Assembly: GCA_963743525.1 (NCBI GenBank) | Contig: CAVUQH010000003.1 | Location: forward strand, 640,001-704,000 | DNA length: 64,000 nucleotides | Source: an uncultured delta proteobacterium | Lineage (GTDB): Bacteria > Myxococcota_A > Polyangia > Haliangiales > Haliangiaceae | Direction: 5' to 3' | Shown: positions 58,461 to 64,000 of the stretch, one piece after another | Position numbering within the stretch: position 1 is the stretch's first letter | How the letters are laid out: every line of letters starts with the position of its first letter | Translations under genes and position numbers: made by a program | Notes under the pieces: generated by a model | Seen by the model: only the letters and a program-made list of their open reading frames with translations | The model's database searches: none | Told to the model about the DNA's origin: nothing

Positions 58461-58476
58461 GGGCACCCGGTTTGCA
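58461..58476 (+). promoter_or_regulatory. Sigma54 promoter upstream of the Usp gene
   Basis: GGGCACccggtTTGCA with GG-N10-GC spacing. Confidence 0.6.
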
Positions 58477-58491
58477 ACGGATCGGGTCGCC

Positions 58492-59353
58492 ATGACCACC
58501 TTGCTGGTACCGATCGACTTTTCCGCCCACGCGCTCACCGCCCTTCGGCTGGCCCTCGGGGTGGGGGGCAATCGCCGGACCTCCATCACCCTGCTACACG
58601 TTCAACCGGCTGCCCGGCGGGGCGACCCCGGGGACGCCGCCGCCGGCGGTGCGCCCGGCCGCCTGGAGCGATTTCGTCACCCATCGCGCGTCGGGACTGG
58701 CGCTGCTCCTGGCCGCGTTCCGCGACGGCGCCGGCGCCACCAACGCGCGCATCGAAGTCGTCATGGACGAGGTCTCCACCGCGATCATCAATCGCGCGCG
58801 AATGGAGGAGACCGATCTGATCGTCATGGGCAGCCACGGCCCGGGCGCCGAAGAGGTGGCCTGGGTCGGCAGCGTGGCCGCCGCCGTCTGCTCGGCGGCG
58901 CCGTGTCCGGTGCTGGTCGCCCGCGCCGCTCACGCCGATCGCATTCCAGCCGACGGCCAGTTCCGTCGCGTCGCCATCATCGTCGACGACGTCGACCAAC
59001 TGGCGGCACTGGGACCGCAGCTCGCGCTCATCGTCGCCGCCGACGCCGCCGTGGACCTATTTCCCGCCTGGGACGGCGCTGCCGACGACGAACCCGACGC
59101 CGTCGCCCGGCACCTGCACCGGTTCGCCGCCGAGCACCTGGCCGGCCGCGACCTGATCGCCCATCCGGCGCCATCGGGCGCCGGCGATCTACTCGGTCAC
59201 CTCGAACGCACCGCGTGCGACCTTGCGATCGCCACCCCGACTGCCGGCGAGCCGGCACCGCACACGCGCCGCCTCGGTCGTCTCGCCGAGCGGCTGTTGT
59301 TCCAGAGCCCGGCGCCGCTGTTGATCGCCACCGAGCCCGGCGAGCGGTCGTGA
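58492..59353 (+). CDS. Universal stress protein, tandem domains (apparent +1 frameshift near 58601)
   Basis: LLVPIDFS...LLHV in the first frame; DLIVMGSHG, GSVA, APCPVLV and LGRLAERLL in the shifted frame. Confidence 0.82.
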
Positions 59354-59453
59354 GTCTCCTGCTGACTTTCGGCGCAAATTCCGTTGCTTGCGTGAATTCG
59401 CTCGGCGCCTGCGCTGGCGTGCTCCGCGTTGCCGTGGGAAACCTTGCGCCCCA

Positions 59454-60707
59454 ATGCTCAAGCTGCGCATGACCGGCCTGGCGGACGTGGATCCGCTGCG
59501 CGTGCCGCTGCCCCACGGCACCGAGGTGACGACCCGCGTCGACCGCACGGTGAGCGACGGGCGCGTGGTGCGCGCCGGCGCGGTCGGGCGCGTGGTGGGG
59601 ATCGAAGGGGATGCCGTAACCGTGCGCGTCGTCGGCGTCGGCAATTTGCGCTTCGCGCGCGCAGAGCTGGTGCCTCGCAAGTCCGGCCAGCTGGAGTTCG
59701 CGGTTCGCCGCGAGGCGGCATGGCAAGCGCTGCGCGCCAACGTCATCCTCGAGACCGTGGTCGGATCGCGGGCGTGGGGCCTGGCCGACGACGGCTCGGA
59801 CACCGATCGCCGCGGCCTGTTCGTGTTGCCGTTCTCGTGGACCACCGGGTTGGTCGACACCCCGACCGAGCTGGTCAGCGCCGACGGCAGCGACACCTAC
59901 TGGGAAGTGGGCAAGGCGTTCCGCCAGGCGATCCGCGCCGACCCCAACACGCTCGAGATGCTGCTCCTGCCCGGGGCGACCGCGTCCGATCCGATGGGCG
60001 AGTGGGTGCTGGCCGCACGCGACGCGTTCGTGTCGTCCGAGATCTACGGCACCTTCGGCCGCTACGCGCTGTCGCAGCTGGCGCGGCTGCGCCAGGGGCT
60101 GCGTCTGGCCGAGCACCGCGCGCTGCTGCTCGACTGGCTGGCGGCCGATCCGCTGTCCCTCGACCAGGCGGCTGATCGCCTTGCTGCCGCCGCAGGCGTC
60201 AACGGCAAGAGCGCCGCCGATCGCCGGCTGCGCGCCAAGGAGTACATCAAGCAGCTGTACGGATCGATGTACGATCAGGGACTGCTGGGCGAGCGCGACT
60301 ACGCCAGCCTGGTCGCGTTCGCCCGCACCGAGCAGCACGACTTCGAGCTGCCGCGCGAGCTGCGGCCGAAGAACGCCTACAACCTGCTGCGGCTGCTGGC
60401 CACGGCGACCGCGTGGTTGCGCACCGGCACGCCCGACTTCGAGATCCGCGGGCCGCTGCGCGACGAGCTGCTGGCCATCAAGCGGCGCGAGGTGTCGCTG
60501 CCGGTCGTGCTGCGCCGCGCCGAGGAGCTCGCCGCCGACCTGGAAGACGCGCGCGAGGGCACGCCGCTGCCGGAGCGGGCCGACGTCGGCCGAATCGACC
60601 GGCTGCTTCGCCGCCTGCGCGAGGAAGCGGCCCGGCGCTGGCATGATCGCGTCCCCGGACCGTTTGCCGCCGACGCCGCCGAGTTGCCCCCCGCCGAGTG
60701 GAGCTGA
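59454..60707 (+). CDS. Pol-beta superfamily nucleotidyltransferase (YcgL/RlaP-like) with N-terminal beta domain
   Basis: VGSRAWGLADDGSDTDRRG (GS...DxD), PNTLEML, KNAYNLLRLL, LLAIKR. Confidence 0.82.
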   Translation: MLKLRMTGLADVDPLRVPLPHGTEVTTRVDRTVSDGRVVRAGAVGRVVGIEGDAVTVRVVGVGNLRFARAELVPRKSGQLEFAVRREAAWQALRANVILETVVGSRAWGLADDGSDTDRRGLFVLPFSWTTGLVDTPTELVSADGSDTYWEVGKAFRQAIRADPNTLEMLLLPGATASDPMGEWVLAARDAFVSSEIYGTFGRYALSQLARLRQGLRLAEHRALLLDWLAADPLSLDQAADRLAAAAGVNGKSAADRRLRAKEYIKQLYGSMYDQGLLGERDYASLVAFARTEQHDFELPRELRPKNAYNLLRLLATATAWLRTGTPDFEIRGPLRDELLAIKRREVSLPVVLRRAEELAADLEDAREGTPLPERADVGRIDRLLRRLREEAARRWHDRVPGPFAADAAELPPAEWS

Positions 60708-60708
60708 G

Positions 60709-61482
60709 ATGGAATTCCTGCACGGAACAGCGCGCGAGGTTGCCGCCCGCGTCGTCGCCGAGGAAGAGAGCCGCCGCCGTCACGTGGTCATCGCCCTGAG
60801 CGGCGCCCACGCCTACGGCTTTCCGTCGCCCGACAGCGACCTCGACCTCAAGGCGATTCACGTCGAGCCGACCCGCAATCTGCTGGGGCTGCGCTCACCG
60901 CGCGCGACCTTCGACCGGCTCGAGGTCATCGACGGCGTCGAGATCGACTACACCTCCAACGAGCTGCGCGGCGTGCTCGAGGGCATCCTGGCCGGCAACG
61001 GAAACTACATCGAGCGGGTGCTCGGCGCCCTGATCGCGGCCTCGTCGCCCGAGCACGAGCAGCTGCGCGAGCTGGTCCCTCGGGTGCTGTCGCGCCGCGT
61101 CCACCATCACTATCGCGGGTTCGCCGCCAGCCAGCGCAAGGCGTTCGAAGCCGCCGAGCAGCCGACGGTCAAGAAGTTGCTGTACGTCCTCCGCACTGCG
61201 CTCACCGGGGTTCATCTCCTGCGCACCGGCGAGCTGCGCGTCGACCTCACCACCGTGGCCGACGACTACGGCTACGGCGACGTCACCGAGCTGATCGAAG
61301 CCAAGAAGCAGGGCGAGCGCGCGGTTCTTGCCGACAGCGATCGCCAGGCGTGGCTGACCCGTCTCGATCGCCTGTTCGCGGCGCTCGACGAGGCGCGCGC
61401 CACCAGCGTGTTGCCGGACGAGCCGCCCGACGCCGCTGCGCTCGAGGAGTGGCTCGTCGACCTGCGCCGCCGACTGCTGTAG
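60709..61482 (+). CDS. Pol-beta superfamily nucleotidyltransferase (YcgL/RlaP-like)
   Basis: SGAHAYGFPSPDSDLDLK, GNGNYIE, HHYRGFA, KKLLYVLR, terminal WLVDLR. Confidence 0.85.
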   Translation: MEFLHGTAREVAARVVAEEESRRRHVVIALSGAHAYGFPSPDSDLDLKAIHVEPTRNLLGLRSPRATFDRLEVIDGVEIDYTSNELRGVLEGILAGNGNYIERVLGALIAASSPEHEQLRELVPRVLSRRVHHHYRGFAASQRKAFEAAEQPTVKKLLYVLRTALTGVHLLRTGELRVDLTTVADDYGYGDVTELIEAKKQGERAVLADSDRQAWLTRLDRLFAALDEARATSVLPDEPPDAAALEEWLVDLRRRLL

Positions 61483-61556
61483 TCAGCGGGCGGCACGCCG
61501 CCAGCTTCTGCAGCTGTTTCACATCCATCATGTGCGGCGGGAGTATAGTCGCGGCC

Positions 61557-62117
61557 ATGGCACGGGTGGGGATTGCGCTGCTGTGCGCGGCGATGGCCGG
61601 CTGCGCGTCACCGGCAGGCCAGTCGGCGAACGGCCCCGCACAGACGCAGACCGCGCCGTCCGCGAGCGGCTGTCCGGCGCTGGCACAGCCGCCGGCGGGT
61701 CAATGTCGCAGCAACGCCGATTGCCACGGCCAGTGGGTCGAGTGCCAGTGGGGAACGCCGCCACTGCGACCGCGAGCGACCGGAAGCGGCAGGCTGTTCG
61801 GCACCGACGACGCGGCGTGCGAGCACGGCTACCAGCAGGAGACGCCGTGCCCCGCCGGGCAGGCGTTTCGCACCCGCCCGGCTGCCAACCTCTGTCCCAT
61901 TCCCGAGTGCATCCCGCGCTGCACCGCGACGTCGTGCAGCTCCGGCGACGCATGCGATCAGGGCACCGGCCTGTGCCAGCCGATCTCCTGCACCCACGGC
62001 TGGAGCTGCGCGGGCGACGAGATCTGCCAGCACGGCTCCAATGCCGACCCGCACGGCTGCGCCCCGCGCTGTCCCGGCTACGGGCGATGTGTGGTCTACG
62101 GTCCGCCGTCGCCGTAG
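61557..62117 (+). CDS. Cys-rich lipoprotein ending in YGPPSP
   Basis: Lipobox MAGC; many Cys (CRSNADC...); C-terminus CPGYGRCVVYGPPSP. Confidence 0.75.
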   Translation: MARVGIALLCAAMAGCASPAGQSANGPAQTQTAPSASGCPALAQPPAGQCRSNADCHGQWVECQWGTPPLRPRATGSGRLFGTDDAACEHGYQQETPCPAGQAFRTRPAANLCPIPECIPRCTATSCSSGDACDQGTGLCQPISCTHGWSCAGDEICQHGSNADPHGCAPRCPGYGRCVVYGPPSP

Positions 62118-62152
62118 GCAATCGCGGCGTCACCGTGGGTTATGCTGCGACG

Positions 62153-62731
62153 ATGCGAGCGCTGCTGTGCGTGGCCGTGGTCCTGGCCGGCTGCGGCGAC
62201 AACCTCCTGCCCAAGCCGGATGCAGGGCCGGCGGCCGTCGACGGCGACGGCGCCGTCTGCGCGACCACGGTGGCCGGTTACGCCCCGGCGCCGGGTATTC
62301 ACGTCGCCCTCTGCTCACCCATCACCTACGCCACCAATCCGCCGACCTCCGGTGAGCACTATCCGGTCTGGGCCGCGTTCGCGACGTACGACTACCCGGT
62401 TCCGTCTGGCTACCTGGTCCACGACCTCGAGCACGGCGCGATCGTCATCTTCTACAACTGTCCCGGCGGCTGCGACGGCGAGCTCGCCGGGCTGCAGAGC
62501 TACCTCGACGGGCGCCCCGACGATCCGTCCTGCGCGGCCGGCGTCCACCGGCGCATCATCGTTGCGCCCGATCCGGATCTCGAGGTCCGCTTCGCCGCCA
62601 GTGCCTGGGGCTGGGCGCTGCGCTCCAACTGTTTCGACCTGGACGCGCTCGACGCCTTCATCGACGCCCACTACGGCGGCGCGCCGGAGGATCTGTGCGC
62701 CGACGGCGAGCCCAACCCGACCTGTCCGTGA
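62153..62731 (+). CDS. DUF3105-like lipoprotein
   Basis: Lipobox LAGCGDN; YATNPPTSGEHY, VHDLEHGAI, AWG. Confidence 0.82.
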   Translation: MRALLCVAVVLAGCGDNLLPKPDAGPAAVDGDGAVCATTVAGYAPAPGIHVALCSPITYATNPPTSGEHYPVWAAFATYDYPVPSGYLVHDLEHGAIVIFYNCPGGCDGELAGLQSYLDGRPDDPSCAAGVHRRIIVAPDPDLEVRFAASAWGWALRSNCFDLDALDAFIDAHYGGAPEDLCADGEPNPTCP

Positions 62732-63427
62732 CTACTGGGTTCGCGCGGCGATGCCGCGGCTCTTCAGTACGGCGTCGATGATCGGCCCGACGGGCACCAG
62801 GCGCTTGACCGCATAGTGCTGAAACGCGATGGCCTGGGCCTGTTCCAGGGTCGCGCTGCCGTGCTCGATGTGGGGGGCCACCTGCTGTTCGACGAGCTGG
62901 CGGCAGACCTCCGGTGTGAAGACCTGGGCCATGGTGCGCAGCATGGACAGCTGGTCGCGGACGCGGTCGATCGGCAGGCGGTCGAGGGCGCGGGCCATGG
63001 CCGCACGGAACCCCGCTGGCGAAGCGTCGCCGCGCGCGTAGGTGTCGGCCCAGACGCGGATCGTCAGACCGCGCATCGCTTTGTCGACCGGGTCCGCGGT
63101 GAGGGAGGCGATGCGATCGATGCGGGCGATCGCATCGGGCCACTGATCGTCGATCGCGTCGAGCAACGCGAGCACGAACAGGTGATCGGTCAAGCTGGCG
63201 CCGCGCAGGTCGCCGCGATCGACTTCCCGCTGCAGGTCGCGCCGCAACGGCCCGGCAAACGCGGCGAACGCGCCGTCGTCGGAGACCAGCCGGCCGACGT
63301 CGGCGGGGACTGGGTAGCCGTGGCCGGGCTCGGGGCGGTTGGCGTGCTGTGCTGGCGCCCTGGCGCAGGCCCACGGCAGCAGCGCGGCGACGACGGCGAT
63401 GGCCGGCAGCGATCGAAGATGAAACAT
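62732..63427 (-). CDS. Hypothetical exported helical protein
   Basis: N-terminal signal/lipoprotein-like segment; 231-aa ORF. Confidence 0.65.
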   Translation of the reverse strand: MFHLRSLPAIAVVAALLPWACARAPAQHANRPEPGHGYPVPADVGRLVSDDGAFAAFAGPLRRDLQREVDRGDLRGASLTDHLFVLALLDAIDDQWPDAIARIDRIASLTADPVDKAMRGLTIRVWADTYARGDASPAGFRAAMARALDRLPIDRVRDQLSMLRTMAQVFTPEVCRQLVEQQVAPHIEHGSATLEQAQAIAFQHYAVKRLVPVGPIIDAVLKSRGIAARTQ

Positions 63428-63450
63428 CGCAACTCCTACGAAGCCGCTGG

Positions 63451-64000
63451 TCAGCCCACGGTGACCACTGCCAGTTCGAGGTCGTCACCGATCCCTTTGA
63501 GCGTGGCGGCGCAGCCGCTCGTGGTCAGGCCTTCATCCGCCAGGGCGGCGGCGACCTCGGGGTGGGCGCACATCTCGTGCAGCATGACCAGTTGATCGGC
63601 GCCCGCCTGCTCTTGCAGGCGCCACGCCGTGTTGACCGTGCTGCCGAACAGATCCATGCGCTGATTGGCCCGAACCATGACGCACGGACCGGCGTGGACG
63701 CCGACCTTGAGTCGCAGGCCGTGGCCGCCGTGGCTGCTGCGCGTCGCTTCGATCATGTGGCGCGCGGCGCGGACGGCGTCCCCGGGCGAGGCGAAGCTGG
63801 CCATGACGGCGTCGCCCATGGTCTTGAGAATGGCGCCGTTGGTGCCGGCCACGACCGCGGCCATCTGGCGGAAATGCTCCTGGATCAGCGAGAAGGCCCG
63901 GGCATCGCCGATTGTGCTGTAGAGCTCGGTGGTCCGGGTCAGATCCGAGAACAGCACCGCGACCGAGCCGATGGTCAGGTCCGAGCCGGTGGCCGGCGCC
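63451..64000 (-). CDS. Class III adenylate/guanylate cyclase domain protein, 5' end outside the window
   Basis: VLFSDL, KTMGDAVMA, KVGVHAG, DLFGSTVNTAWR. Confidence 0.88.
   Translation of the reverse strand, partial: APATGSDLTIGSVAVLFSDLTRTTELYSTIGDARAFSLIQEHFRQMAAVVAGTNGAILKTMGDAVMASFASPGDAVRAARHMIEATRSSHGGHGLRLKVGVHAGPCVMVRANQRMDLFGSTVNTAWRLQEQAGADQLVMLHEMCAHPEVAAALADEGLTTSGCAATLKGIGDDLELAVVTVG

Overview
GC-rich bacterial window whose gene content (five Hanks-type Ser/Thr kinases, PilZ proteins, Cys-rich lipoproteins, sigma54-type promoters, hybrid histidine kinases) points to a myxobacterium (inference). It holds about 57 CDS and no rRNA, tRNA, CRISPR array or transposase that I can see. 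Main points: (1) a hidden selenoprotein candidate of the C-GCAxxG-C-C family, with an in-frame TGA at the first conserved Cys, a bacterial SECIS-like hairpin, a strong RBS and a sigma54 promoter; (2) a splicease-like radical SAM/SPASM gene translationally coupled to a small lipoprotein whose lipobox Cys is followed directly by YG, plus a second YG-tailed Cys-rich lipoprotein 3 kb away; (3) a signalling module in which two kinases, each with an apparently dead nucleotidyl-cyclase-like domain (one is also a STAND/TPR protein), flank a lipoprotein with (NALSY)x5-6 repeats, followed by a NarL two-component pair; (4) an orphan PAAR / spike-like / Trm112-methyltransferase operon; (5) a nested REP/MITE-like repeat cluster at 24.6-25.0 kb; (6) five apparent +1 frameshifts, probably sequencing errors. 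All family calls come from motif recognition only; no searches were run.
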